Source: Eledone cirrhosa (lineage: Eukaryota). Taken from it: a stretch of 64,000 nucleotides of DNA. Below, piece by piece: positions 1-12,860 of the stretch; positions within the stretch are counted from its first letter, which is position 1; each line of letters begins with the position of its first letter. The notes below the pieces were generated by a model. The model saw only the letters and a list, made by a program, of their open reading frames with translations. It had not been told where the DNA came from and ran no database searches. The stretch is taken from contig OZ024741.1 in assembly GCA_964016885.1 (NCBI GenBank), positions 258,664,001-258,728,000 on the forward strand. The letters run 5' to 3'. Both the position numbers and the translations under genes were made by a program.

Positions 1-2915
1 TGTTGCTGTTTTCTCTGTCAGTGCCAGTGTTGTTGTAGTTGTTGCTGTTTTCTGTGTCAGTGCCAGTGTTGTTGTAGTTGTTGCTGTTTTCTCTGTCAGT
101 GCCAGTGTTGTTGTAGTTGTTGCTGTTTTCTCTGTCAGTGCCAGTGTTGTTGTAGTTGTTGCTGTTTTCTCTGTCAGTGCCAGTGTTGTTGTAGTTGTTG
201 CTGTTTTCTCTGTCAGTGCCAGTGTTGTTGTAGTTGTTGCTGTTTTCTGTGTCAGTGCCAGTGTTGTTGTTGTTGCTATTTTCACTGTCAGTGCCAGTGT
301 TGTTGCTGTTGCTGTTTTCTCTGTCATTGCCAGTGATGTTGTAGTTGTTAATGTTTTCTGTGTTAGTGCCAGTGTTGTTGTAGTTGTTGCTGTTTTCTGT
401 GTCAGTGCCAGTGTTGTTGCTGTTGTTGCTGTTTTCTCTGTCAGTGCCAGTGTTGTTGTAGTTGTTGCTGCTTTCTCTGTCAGTGCCAGTGTTGTTGTAG
501 TTGTTGCTGTTTTCTGTGTCAGTGCCAGTGTTGTTGTTGTTGCTGTTTTCTCCGTCAGTGCCAGTGTTGTTGTAGTTGTTGCTGTTTTCTGTGTCAGTGC
601 CACTGTTGTTGTTGCTGTTTTCTGTGTCAGTGCCAGTGTTGTTGTTGTTGCTGTTTTCTCTGTCAGTGCCAGTGTTGTTGTTGCTGTTTTCTCTCTCAGT
701 GCCAGTGTTGTTGTTGTTGCTGTTTTCTGTGTCAGTGCCATTGTTATTGCTGTTGTTGCTGTTTTCTGTGTCAGTGCCAGTGTTGTTGTTGCTGTTGTTG
801 CTGTTTTCTGTGTCAGTGCCAGTGTTGTTGCTGTTGCTGTTTTCTCTGTCAGTGCCAGTGTTGTTGTAGTTGTTGCTGTTTTCTCTGTCAGTGCCAGTGT
901 TGTAGTTGTTGCTGTTTTCTGTGTCAGTGCCAGTGTTGTTGTTGTTGCTGTTTTCTCTGTCAGTGCCAGTGTTGTTGTAGTTGTTGCTGTTTTCTCTGTC
1001 AGTGCCAGTGTTGTTGTAGTTGTTGCTGTTTTCTGTGTCAGTGCCAGTGTTGTTGTTGTTGCTGTTTTCTCTGTCAGTGCCAGTGTTGTTGTTGTTGCTG
1101 TTTTCTCTGTCAGTGCCAGTGTTGTTGTTGTTGCTGTTTTCTGTGTCAGTGCCAGTGTTGTTGTTGTTGCTGTTTTCTGTGTCAGTGCCAGTGTTGTTGT
1201 TGTTGCTGTTTTCTGTGTCAGTGCCAGTGTTGTTTTAGTTGTTGCTGTTTTCTGTGTCAGTGCCAGTGTTGTTGTAGTTGTTGCTGTTTTCTCTGTCAGT
1301 GCCAGTGTTGTTGTAGTTGTTGCTGTTTTCTGTGTCAGTGCCAGTGTTGTTGTAGTTGTTGCTGTTTTCTCTGTGAGTGCCAGTGTTGTTGTAGTTGTTG
1401 CTGTTTTCTCTGTCAGTGCCAGTGTTGTTGTAGTTGTTGCTGTTTTCTGTGTCAGTGCCAGTGTTGTTGTTGCTGTTTTCTCTGTCAGTGCCAGTGTTGT
1501 TGTAGTTGTTGCTGTTTTCTGTGTCAGTGCCAGTGTTGTTGTAGTTGTTGCTGTTTTCTCTGTCAGTGCCAGTGTTGTTGTAGTTGTTGCTGTTTTCTGT
1601 GTCAGTGCCAGTGTTGTTGTTGTTGCTGTTTTCTCTGTCAGTTCCAGTGTTGTTGTAGTTGTTGCTGTTTTCTCTGTCAGTGCCAGTTTTGTTGTAGTTG
1701 TTCTGTTTTCTGTGTCAGTGCCAGTGTTGTTGTAGTTGTTGCTGTTTTCTCTGTCAGTGCCAGTGTTGTTGTTGTTGTTGCTGTTTTCTCTGTCAGTGTT
1801 GTTGTTGTTGCTATTTTCACTGTCAGTGCCAGTGTTGTTGTTGTTGCTGTTTTCTGTGTCAGTGCCAGTGTTGTAGTTGTTGTTGCTGTTTTCTGTGTCA
1901 GTGCCAGTGTTGTTGTTGTTACTGTTGCTGTTTTCTGTGTCAGTGCCAGTCTTGTTGTTGTTACTGTTGCTGTTTTCTGTGCCAGTGCCAGTGTTATTGT
2001 TGCTGTTTTCTGTGTCAGTGCCACTGTTGTTGTTGCTGTTGTTGCTGTTTTCTGTGTCAGTGCCAGTGTTGTTGTTGCTGTTGTTGCTGTTTTCCGTGCC
2101 AGTGTTGTTGTAGTTGTTGCTGTTTTCTGTGTCAGTGCCAGTGTTCTTGCTGTTGCTGTTTTCTGTGTCAGTGCCAGTGTTGTTGTTGTTACTGTTGCTG
2201 TTTTCTGTGTCAGTTCCAGTGTTGTTGTTGTTGTTGCTGTTGCTGTTTTCTGTGCCAGTGCCAGTGTTATTGTTGCTGTTGTTGCTGTTTCTCTGTCAGT
2301 GCCAGTGTTGTTGTAGTTGTTGCTGTTTTCTCTGTCAGTGCCATTGTTTTTGTAGTTGTTGCTGTTTTCTGTGTCAGTGCCAGTGTTGTTGTAGTTGTTG
2401 CTGTTTTCTCTGTCAGTGCCAGTGTTGTTGTTGTTGCTGCTTTCTCTGTCAGTGCCAGTGTTGTAGTTGTTGCTGTTTTCTCTGTCAGTGCCAGTGTTGT
2501 TGTAGTTGTTGCTGTTTTCTGTGTCAGTGTCAGTGTTGTTGTTGTTGCTGTTTTCTGTGTCCGTGCCAGTGTTGTTGTTGTTGCTGTTTTCTCTGTCAGT
2601 GCCAGTGTTGTTGCTGTTGCTATTTTCACTGTCAGTGCCAGTGTTGTTGTTGTTGCTGTTTTCTGTGTCAGTGCCAGTGTTGTTGCTGTTGCTGTTTTCT
2701 GTGTCAGTGCCAGTGTTGTTGTTGTTACTGTTGCTGTTTTCTGTGTCAGTTCCAGTGTTGCTGTTTCTGTTTTCTGTGCCAGTGCCAGTGTTATTGTTGC
2801 TGTTGTTGCTGTTTTCTGTGTCAGTGCCACGGTTGTTGTTGCTGTTGTTGCTGTTTTCTGTGTCAGTGCCAGTGTTGTTGTTGCTGTTTTCTCTGTCAGT
2901 GCCAGTGTTGTTGTA
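1..2915. repeat. Higher-order block, near-identical to ~9907-12860 (offset 9906, then 9945 after one extra 39-bp monomer)
   Basis: ORF pairs 576/10482 and 1020/10926 differ by 9906; 1698/11643 and 2506/12451 differ by 9945. Shared private variants: CATTGCCAGTGATG (~326/~10231), TCTCCGTCAG (~550/~10456), and the 1-bp-deleted GTTGTTCTGTTTT (~1697/~11642). Confidence 0.93.
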
Positions 2916-5900
2916 ATTGTTGCTGTTTTCTGTGTCAGTGCCAGTGTTGTTGCTGTTGTTGCTGTTTTCTGTGTCAGTGTCAGTGTTGTTGTTGTTGCTG
3001 TTTTCTGTGTCAGTGCCAGTGTTGTTGTTGCTATTTTCACTGTCAGTGCCAGTGTTGTTGTAGTTGTTGCTGTTTTCTGTGTCAGTGCCAGTGTTGTTGT
3101 TGCTGTTTTCTCTGTCAGTGCCAGTGTTGTTGTAGCTGTTGCTGTTTTCTGTGTCAGTGCCAGTGTTGTTGTAGTTGTTGCTGTTTACTGTGTCAGTGCC
3201 AGTGTTGTTGTAGTTGTTGCTGTTTTCTCTGTCAGTGCCAGTGTTGTTGTAGTTGTTGCTGTTTTCTCTGTCAGTGCCAGTGTTGTTGTAGTTGTTGCTG
3301 TTTTCTGTGTCAGTGCCAGTGTTATTGTTGCTGTTGTTGCTGTTTCTCAGTCAGTGCCAGTGTTGTTGTAGTTGTTGCTGTTTTCTGTGTCAGTGCCAGT
3401 GTTGTTGTAGTTGTTGCTGTTTTCTCTGTCAGTGCCAGTGTTGTTGTTGTTGTTGCTGTTTTCTCTGTCAGTGTTGTTGTTGTTGCTATTTTCACTGTCA
3501 GTGCCAGTGTTGTTGTTGTTGCTGTTTTCTGTGTCAGTGCCAGTGTTGTAGTTGTTGTTGCTGTTTTCTGTGTCAGTGCCAGTGTTGTTGTTGTTACTGT
3601 TGCTGTTTTCTGTGTCAGTGCCAGTCTTGTTGTTGTTACTGTTGCTGTTTTCTGTGCCAGTGCCAGTGTTATTGTTGCTGTTTTCTGTGTCAGTGCCACT
3701 GTTGTTGCTGCTGTTGTTGCTGTTTTCTGTGTCAGTGCCAGTGTTGTTGTTGCTGTTGTTGCTGTTTTCTGTGTCAGTGCCAGTGTTGTTGTTGCTGTTT
3801 TCCGTGCCAGTGTTGTTGTAGCTGTTGCTGTTTTCTGTGTCAGTGACAGTGTTGTTGTAGTTGTTGTTGTTTTCTCTGTCAGTGCCAGTCTTGTTGTAGT
3901 TGTTGCTGTTTTCTGTGTCAGTGCCAGTGTTGTTGTTGTTGCTGTTTTCTCTGTCAGTGCCAGTGTTGTTGTAGTTGTTGCTGTTTTCTGTGTCAGTGCC
4001 AGTGTTGTTGTTGTTGCTGTTTACTGTGTCAGTGCCAGTGTTGTTGTTGCTATTTTCACTGTCAGTGCCAGTGTTGTTGCTGTTGCTGTTTTCTCTGTCA
4101 GTGCCAGTGATGTTGTAGTTGTTGCTGTTTTCTGTGTTAGTGCCAGTGTTGTTGTAGTTGTTGCTGTTTTCTGTGTCAGTGTCAGTGTTGTTGCTGTTGC
4201 TGTTTTCTCTGTCAGTGCCAGTGTTGTTGTAGTTGTTGCTGCTTTATCTGTCAGTGCCAGTGTTGTTGTAGTTGTTTCTGTTTTCTGTGTCAGTGCCAGT
4301 GTTGTTGTTGTTGCTGTTTTCTCTGTCAGTGCCAGTGTTGTTGTAGTTGTTGCTGTTTTCTGTGTCAGTGCCACTGTTGTTGTTGCTGTTTTCTGTGTCT
4401 GTACCAGTGTTGTTGTTGTTGCTGTTTTCTCTGTCAGTGCCAGTGTTGTTGTTGCTGTTTTCTCTGTCAGTGCCAGTGTTGTTGTAGTTGCTGTTTTCTG
4501 TGTCAGTGACAGTGTTGTTGTAGTTGTTGCTGTTTTCTCTGTCAGTGCCAGTGTTGTTGTAGTTGTTGCTGTTTTCTCTGTCAGTGCCAGTGTTGTTGTA
4601 ATTGTTGCTGTTTTCTGTGTCAGTGCCAGTGTTTTTGTTGTTGCTCTTTTCTCTGTCAGTGCCAGTGTTGTTGTAGTTGTTGCTGTTTTCTCTGTCAGTG
4701 CCAGTGTTGTTGTAATTGTTGCTGTTTTCTGTGTCAGTGCCAGTGTTGTTGCTGTTGTTGCTGTTTTCTGTGTCAGTGTCAGTGTTGTTGTTGTTGCTGT
4801 TTTCTGTGTCAGTGCCAGTGTTGTTGTTGCTATTTTCACTGTCAGTGCCAGTGTTGTAGTTGTTGCTGTTTTCTGTGTCAGTGCCAGTGTTGTTGTTGCT
4901 GTTTTCTCTGTCAGTGCCAGTGTTGTTGTAGCTGTTGCTGTTTTCTGTGTCAGTGCCAGTGTTGTTGTAGTTGTTGCTGTTTACTGTGTCAGTGCCAGTG
5001 TTGTTGTAGTTGTTGCTGTTTTCTCTGTCAGTGCCAGTGTTGTTGTAGTTGTTGCTGTTTTCTCTGTCAGTGCCAGTGTTGTTGTAGTTGTTGCTGTTTT
5101 CTGTGTCAGTGCCAGTGTTATTGTTGCTGTTGTTGCTGTTTCTCTGTCAGTGTTGTTGTAGTTGTTGCTGTTTTCTGTGTCAGTGCCAGTGTTGTTGTAG
5201 TTGTTGCTGTTTTCTCTGTCAGTGCCAGTGTTGTTGTAGTTGTTGCTGTTTTCTGTGTCAGTGCCAGTGTTGTTGTTGTTGCTGTTTTCTCTGTCAGTGC
5301 CAGTGTTGTTGTAGTTGTTGCTGTTTTCTCTGTCAGTGCCAGTTTTGTTGTAGTTGTTGCTGTTTTCTGTGTCAGTGCCAGTGTTGTTGTAGTTGTTGCT
5401 GTTTTCTCTGTCAGTGCCAGTGTTGTTGTTGTTGTTGCTGTTTTCTCTGTCAGTGTTGTTGTTGTTGCTATTTTCACTGTCAGTGCCAGTGTTGTTGTTG
5501 TTGCTGTTTTCTGTGTCAGTGCCAGTGTTGTAGTTGTTGTTGCTGTTTTCTGTGTCAGTGCCAGTGTTGTTGTTGTTACTGTTGCTGTTTTCTGTGTCAG
5601 TGCCAGTCTTGTTGTTGTTACTGTTGCTGTTTTCTGTGCCAGTGTCAGTGTTATTGTTGCTGTTTTCTGTGTCAGTGCCACTGTTGTTGTTGCTGTTGTT
5701 GCTGTTTTCTGTGTCAGTGCCAGTGTTGTTGTTGCTGTCGTTGCTGTTTTCTGTGTCAGTGCCAGTGTTGTTGTTGCTGTTTTCCGTGCCAGTGTTTTTG
5801 TAGCTGTTGCTGTTTTCTGTGTCAGTGACAGTGTTGTTGTAGTTGTTGCTGTTTTCTCTGTCAGTGCCAGTGTTGTTGTAGTTGTTGCTGTTTTCTCTGT

Positions 5901-8900
5901 CAGTGCCAGTGTTGTAGTTGTTGCTGTTTTCTGTGTCAGTGCCAGTGTTGTTGTTGTTGCTGTTTTCTCTGTCAGTGCCAGTGTTGTTGTAGTTGTTGCT
6001 GTTTTCTCTGTCAGTGCCAGTGTTGTTGCTGTTGTTGCTGTTTTCTGTGTCAGTGTCAGTGTTGTTGTTGTTGCTGTTTTCTGTGTCAGTGCCAGTGTTG
6101 TTGCTATTTTCACTGTCAGTGCCAGTGTTGTTGTAGTTGTTGCTGTTTTCTGTGTCAGTGCCAGTGTTGTTGTTGCTGTTTTCTCTGTCAGTGCCAGTGT
6201 TGTTGTAGCTGTTGCTGTTTTCTGTGTCAGTGCCAGTGTTGTTGTAGTTGTTGCTGTTTACTGTGTCAGTGCCAGTGTTGTTGTAGTTGTTGCTGTTTTC
6301 TGTGTCAGTGCCACTGTTGTTGTTGCTGTTTTCTGTGTCTGTGCCAGTGTTGTTGTTGTTGCTGTTTTCTCTGTCAGTGCCAGTGTTGTTGTTGCTGTTT
6401 TCTCTGTCAGTGCCAGTGTTGTTGTTGTTGCTCTTTTCTGTGTCAGTGACAGTGTTGTTGTAGTTGTTGCTGTTTTCTCTGTCAGTGCCAGTGTTGTTGT
6501 AGTTGTTGCTGTTTTCTCTGTCAGTGCCAGTGTTGTAGTTGTTGCTGTTTTCTGTGTCAGTGCCAGTGTTGTTGTTGTTGCTGTTTTCTCTGTCAGTGCC
6601 AGTGTTGTTGTAGTTGTTGCTGTTTTCTCTGTCAGTGCCAGTGTTGTTGCTGTTTTCTGTGTCAGTGTCAGTGTTGTTGTTGTTGCTGTTTTCTGTGTCA
6701 GTGCCAGTGTTGTTGTTGCTATTTTCACTGTCAGTGCCAGTGTTGTTGTAGTTGTTGCTGTTTTCTGTGTCAGTGCCAGTGTTGTTGTTGCTGTTTTCTC
6801 TGTCAGTGCCAGTGTTGTTGTAGCTGTTGCTGTTTTCTGTGTCAGTGCCAGTGTTGTTGTAGTTGTTGCTGTTTACTGTGTCAGTGCCAGTGTTGTTGTA
6901 GTTGTTGCTGTTTTCTCTGTCAGTGCCAGTGTTGTTGTAGTTGTTGCTGTTTTCTCTGTCAGTGCCAGTGTTGTTGTAGTTGTTGCTGTTTTCTGTGTCA
7001 GTGCCAGTGTTATTGTTGCTGTTGTTGCTGTTTCTCTGTCAGTGCCAGTGTTGTTGTAGTTGTTGCTGTTTTCTCTGTCAGTAACAGTGTTGTTGTAGTT
7101 GTTGCTGTTTTCTCTGTCAGTGCCAGTGTTGTAGTTGTTGCTGTTTTCTGTGTCAGTGCCAGTGTTGTAGTTGTTGCTGTTTTCTCTGTCAGTGCCAGTG
7201 TTGTAGTTGTTGCTGTTTTCTGTGTCAGTGCCAGTCTTGTTGGTGTTACTGTTGCTGTTTTCTGTGCCAGTTCCAGTGTTATTGTTGCTGTTTTCTGTGT
7301 CAGTGCCAGTGTTGTTGTTGTAGTTGTTGCTGTTTTCTGTGTCAGTGCCAGTGTTGTTGTTGCTGTTTTCCGTGCCAGTGTTGTTGTAGTTGTTGCTGTT
7401 TTCTGTGTCAGTGCCAGTGTTGTTGTTGTTACTGTTGCTGTTTTCTGTGTCAGTTCCAGTGTTGTTGTTGTTGTTGCTGTTGCTGTTTTCTGTGCCAGTG
7501 CCAGTGTTATTGTTGTAGTTGTTGCTGTTTCTCTGTCAGTGCCAGTGTTGTTGTAGTTGTTGCTGTTTTCTCTGTCAGTGCCAGTGTTGTTGTAGTTGTT
7601 GCTGTTTTCTCTGTCAGTGCCAGTGTTGTGGTTGTTGCTGCTTTCTCTGTCAGTGCCAGTGTTGTAGTTGTTGCTGTTTTCTCTGTCAGTGCCAGTGTTG
7701 TTGTAGTTGTTGCTGTTTTCTGTGTCAGTGCCAGTGTTGTTGTTGTTGCTGTTTTCTCTGTCAGTGCCAGTGTTGTTGCTGTTGCTATTTTCACTGTCAG
7801 TGCCAGTGTTGTTGTTGTTGCTGTTTTCTGTGTCAGTGCCAGTGTTGTTGTTGTTGCTGTTTTCTGTGTCAGTGCCAGTGTTGTTGTTGTTACTGTTGCT
7901 GTTTTCTGTGTCAGTTCCAGTGTTGCTGTTTCTGTTTTCTGTGCCAGTGCCAGTGTTATTGTTGCTGTTGTTGCTGTTTTCTGTGTCAGTGCCACGGTTG
8001 TTGTTGCTGTTGTTGCTGTTTTCTGTGTCAGTGCCAGTGTTGTTGTTGCTGTTGTTGCTGTTTTCTGTGTCAGTGCCAGTGTTGTTGTTGCTGATGTTGC
8101 TGTTTTCCGTGCCAGTGTTGTTGTAGTCGTTGCTGTTTTCTGTGTCAGTGCCAGTGTTGTTGTAGTTGTTGCTGTTTTCTGTGTCAGTGCCAGTGTTGGT
8201 GTAGTTGTTGCTGTTTTCTCTGTCAGTGCCAGTGTTGTTGTAGTTGTTGCTGTTTTCTCTGTCAGTGCCAGTGTTGTTGTAGTTGTTGCTGTTTTCTGTG
8301 TCAGTGCCAGTGTTGTTGCTGTTGCTGTTTTCTCTGTCAGTGCCAGTGTTGTTGTAGTTGTTGCTGTTTTCTCTGTCAGTGCCAGTGTTGTTGTTGTTGC
8401 TGTTTTCTGTGTCAGTGCCAGTGTTGTTGTTGTTACTGTTGCTGTTTTCTGTGTCAGTTCCAGTGTTGCTGTTTCTGTTTTCTGTGCCAGTGCCAGTGTT
8501 ATTGTTGCTGTTGTTGCTGTTTTCTGTGTCAGTGCCACGGTTGTTGTTGCTGTTGTTGCTGTTTTCTGTGTCAGTGCCAGTGTTGTTGTTGCTGTTGTTG
8601 CTGTTTTCTGTGTCAGTGCCAGTGTTGTTGTTGCTGTTGTTGCTGTTTTCCGTGCCAGTGTTGTTGTAGTTGTTGCTGTTTTCTGTGTCAGTGCCAGTGT
8701 TGTTGTAGTTGTTGCTGTTTTCTCTGTCAGTGCCAGTGTTGTTGTAGTTGTTGCTGTTTTCTCTGTCAGTGCCAGTGTTGTTGTAGTTGTTGCTGTTTTC
8801 TGTGTCAGTGCCAGTGTTGTTGCTGTTGCTGTTTTCTCTGTCAGTGCCAGTGTTGTTGTAGTTGTTGCTGTTTTCTCTGTCAGTGCCAGTGTTGTTGTTG

Positions 8901-9906
8901 TTGCTGTTTTCTGTGTCAGTGCCAGTGTTGTTGTTGTTGCTATTTTCACTGTCAGTGCCAGTGTTGTTGCTGTTGCTGTTTTCTCTGTCAGTGCCAGTGA
9001 TGTTGTAGTTGTTAATGTTTTCTGTGTTAGTGCCAGTGTTGTTGTAGTTGTTGCTGTTTTCTGTCTCAGTGCCAGTGTTGTTGTTGTTGTTGCTGTTTTC
9101 TCTGTCAGTGCCAGTGTTGTTGTAGATGTTGCTGCTTTCTCTGTCAGTGCCAGTGTTGTTGTAGTTGTTGCTGTTTTCTGTGTCAGTGCCAGTGTTGTTG
9201 TTGTTGCTGTTTTCTCTGTCAGTGCCAGTGTTGTTGTAGTTGTTGCTGTTTTCTGTGTCAGTGCCACTGTTGTTGTTGCTGTTTTCTGTGTCTGTGCCAG
9301 TGTTGTTGTTGTTGCTGTTTTCTCTGTCAGTGCCAGTGTTGTTGTTGCTGTTTTCTCTGTCAGTGCCAGTGTTGTTGTTGTTGCTGTTTTCTGTGTCAGT
9401 GACAGTGTTGTTGTAGTTGTTGCTGTTTTCTCTGTCAGTGCCAGTGTTGTTGTAGTTGTTGCTGTTTTCTCTGTCAGTGCCAGTGTTGTTGCTGTTGTTG
9501 CTGTTTTCTGTGTCAGTGTCAGTGTTGTTGTTGTTGCTGTTTTCTGTGTCAGTGCCAGTGTTGTTGTTGCTATTTTCACTGTCAGTGCCAGTGTTGTTGT
9601 AGTTGTTGCTGTTTTCTGTGTCAGTGCCAGTGTTGTTGTTGCTGTTTTCTCTGTCAGTGCCAGTGTTGTTGTAGCTGTTGCTGTTTTCTGTGTCAGTGCC
9701 AGTGTTGTTGTAGTTGTTGCTGTTTACTGTGTCAGTGCCAGTGTTGTTGTAGTTGTTGCTGTTTTCTCTGTCAGTGCCAGTGTTGTTGTAGTTGTTGCTG
9801 TTTTCTCTGTCAGTGCCAGTGTTGTTGTAGTTGTCGCTGTTTTCTGTGTCAGTGCCAGTGTTGTTGTTGTTGCTGTTTTCTCTGTCAGTGCCAGTGTTGT
9901 TGTAGT

Positions 9907-12860
9907 TGTTGCTGTTTTCTCTGTCAGTGCCAGTGTTGTTGTAGTTGTTGCTGTTTTCTGTGTCAGTGCCAGTGTTGTTGTAGTTGTTGCTGTTTTCTCT
10001 GTCAGTGCCAGTGTTGTTGTAGTTGTTGCTGTTTTCTCTGTCAGTGCCAGTGTTGTTGTAGTTGTTGCTGTTTTCTCTGTCAGTGCCAGTGTTGTTGTAG
10101 TTGTTGCTGTTTTCTCTGTCAGTGCCAGTGTTGTTGTAGTTGTTGCTGTTTTCTGTGTCAGTGCCAGTGTTGTTGTTGTTGCTATTTTCACTGTCAGTGC
10201 CAGTGTTGTTGCTGTTGCTGTTTTCTCTGTCATTGCCAGTGATGTTGTAGTTGTTAATGTTTTCTGTGTTAGTGCCAGTGTTGTTGTAGTTGTTGCTGTT
10301 TTCTGTGTCAGTGCCAGTGTTGTTGCTGTTGTTGCTGTTTTCTCTGTCAGTGCCAGTGTTGTTGTAGTTGTTGCTGCTTTCTCTGTCAGTGCCAGTGTTG
10401 TTGTAGTTGTTGCTGTTTTCTGTGTCAGTGCCAGTGTTGTTGTTGTTGCTGTTTTCTCCGTCAGTGCCAGTGTTGTTGTAGTTGTTGCTGTTTTCTGTGT
10501 CAGTGCCACTGTTGTTGTTGCTGTTTTCTGTGTCAGTGCCAGTGTTGTTGTTGTTGCTGTTTTCTCTGTCAGTGCCAGTGTTGTTGTTGCTGTTTTCTCT
10601 CTCAGTGCCAGTGTTGTTGTTGTTGCTGTTTTCTGTGTCAGTGCCATTGTTATTGCTGTTGTTGCTGTTTTCTGTGTCAGTGCCAGTGTTGTTGTTGCTG
10701 TTGTTGCTGTTTTCTGTGTCAGTGCCAGTGTTGTTGCTGTTGCTGTTTTCTCTGTCAGTGCCAGTGTTGTTGTAGTTGTTGCTGTTTTCTCTGTCAGTGC
10801 CAGTGTTGTAGTTGTTGCTGTTTTCTGTGTCAGTGCCAGTGTTGTTGTTGTTGCTGTTTTCTCTGTCAGTGCCAGTGTTGTTGTAGTTGTTGCTGTTTTC
10901 TCTGTCAGTGCCAGTGTTGTTGTAGTTGTTGCTGTTTTCTGTGTCAGTGCCAGTGTTGTTGTTGTTGCTGTTTTCTCTGTCAGTGCCAGTGTTGTTGTTG
11001 TTGCTGTTTTCTCTGTCAGTGCCAGTGTTGTTGTTGTTGCTGTTTTCTGTGTCAGTGCCAGTGTTGTTGTTGTTGCTGTTTTCTGTGTCAGTGCCAGTGT
11101 TGTTGTTGTTGCTGTTTTCTGTGTCAGTGCCAGTGTTGTTGTAGTTGTTGCTGTTTTCTGTGTCAGTGCCAGTGTTGTTTTAGTTGTTGCTGTTTTCTGT
11201 GTCAGTGCCAGTGTTGTTGTAGTTGTTGCTGTTTTCTCTGTCAGTGCCAGTGTTGTTGTAGTTGTTGCTGTTTTCTGTGTCAGTGCCAGTGTTGTTGTAG
11301 TTGTTGCTGTTTTCTCTGTGAGTGCCAGTGTTGTTGTAGTTGTTGCTGTTTTCTCTGTCAGTGCCAGTGTTGTTGTAGTTGTTGCTGTTTTCTGTGTCAG
11401 TGCCAGTGTTGTTGTTGCTGTTTTCTCTGTCAGTGCCAGTGTTGTTGTAGTTGTTGCTGTTTTCTGTGTCAGTGCCAGTGTTGTTGTAGTTGTTGCTGTT
11501 TTCTCTGTCAGTGCCAGTGTTGTTGTAGTTGTTGCTGTTTTCTGTGTCAGTGCCAGTGTTGTTGTTGTTGCTGTTTTCTCTGTCAGTTCCAGTGTTGTTG
11601 TAGTTGTTGCTGTTTTCTCTGTCAGTGCCAGTTTTGTTGTAGTTGTTCTGTTTTCTGTGTCAGTGCCAGTGTTGTTGTAGTTGTTGCTGTTTTCTCTGTC
11701 AGTGCCAGTGTTGTTGTTGTTGTTGCTGTTTTCTCTGTCAGTGTTGTTGTTGTTGCTATTTTCACTGTCAGTGCCAGTGTTGTTGTTGTTGCTGTTTTCT
11801 GTGTCAGTGCCAGTGTTGTAGTTGTTGTTGCTGTTTTCTGTGTCAGTGCCAGTGTTGTTGTTGTTACTGTTGCTGTTTTCTGTGTCAGTGCCAGTCTTGT
11901 TGTTGTTACTGTTGCTGTTTTCTGTGCCAGTGCCAGTGTTATTGTTGCTGTTTTCTGTGTCAGTGCCACTGTTGTTGTTGCTGTTGTTGCTGTTTTCTGT
12001 GTCAGTGCCAGTGTTGTTGTTGCTGTTGTTGCTGTTTTCCGTGCCAGTGTTGTTGTAGTTGTTGCTGTTTTCTGTGTCAGTGCCAGTGTTCTTGCTGTTG
12101 CTGTTTTCTGTGTCAGTGCCAGTGTTGTTGTTGTTACTGTTGCTGTTTTCTGTGTCAGTTCCAGTGTTGTTGTTGTTGTTGCTGTTGCTGTTTTCTGTGC
12201 CAGTGCCAGTGTTATTGTTGCTGTTGTTGCTGTTTCTCTGTCAGTGCCAGTGTTGTTGTAGTTGTTGCTGTTTTCTCTGTCAGTGCCATTGTTTTTGTAG
12301 TTGTTGCTGTTTTCTGTGTCAGTGCCAGTGTTGTTGTAGTTGTTGCTGTTTTCTCTGTCAGTGCCAGTGTTGTTGTTGTTGCTGCTTTCTCTGTCAGTGC
12401 CAGTGTTGTAGTTGTTGCTGTTTTCTCTGTCAGTGCCAGTGTTGTTGTAGTTGTTGCTGTTTTCTGTGTCAGTGTCAGTGTTGTTGTTGTTGCTGTTTTC
12501 TGTGTCCGTGCCAGTGTTGTTGTTGTTGCTGTTTTCTCTATCAGTGCCAGTGTTGTTGCTGTTGCTATTTTCACTGTCAGTGCCAGTGTTGTTGTTGTTG
12601 CTGTTTTCTGTGTCAGTGCCAGTGTTGTTGCTGTTGCTGTTTTCTGTGTCAGTGCCAGTGTTGTTGTTGTTACTGTTGCTGTTTTCTGTGTCAGTTCCAG
12701 TGTTGCTGTTTCTGTTTTCTGTGCCAGTGCCAGTGTTATTGTTGCTGTTGTTGCTGTTTTCTGTGTCAGTGCCACGGTTGTTGTTGCTGTTGTTGCTGTT
12801 TTCTGTGTCAGTGCCAGTGTTGTTGTTGCTGTTTTCTCTGTCAGTGCCAGTGTTGTTGTA
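9907..12860. repeat. Second copy of block 1-2915
   Basis: Same diagnostic variants in the same order. The match breaks at GTAATT (~2913) versus GTAGCT (~12858). Confidence 0.93.
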
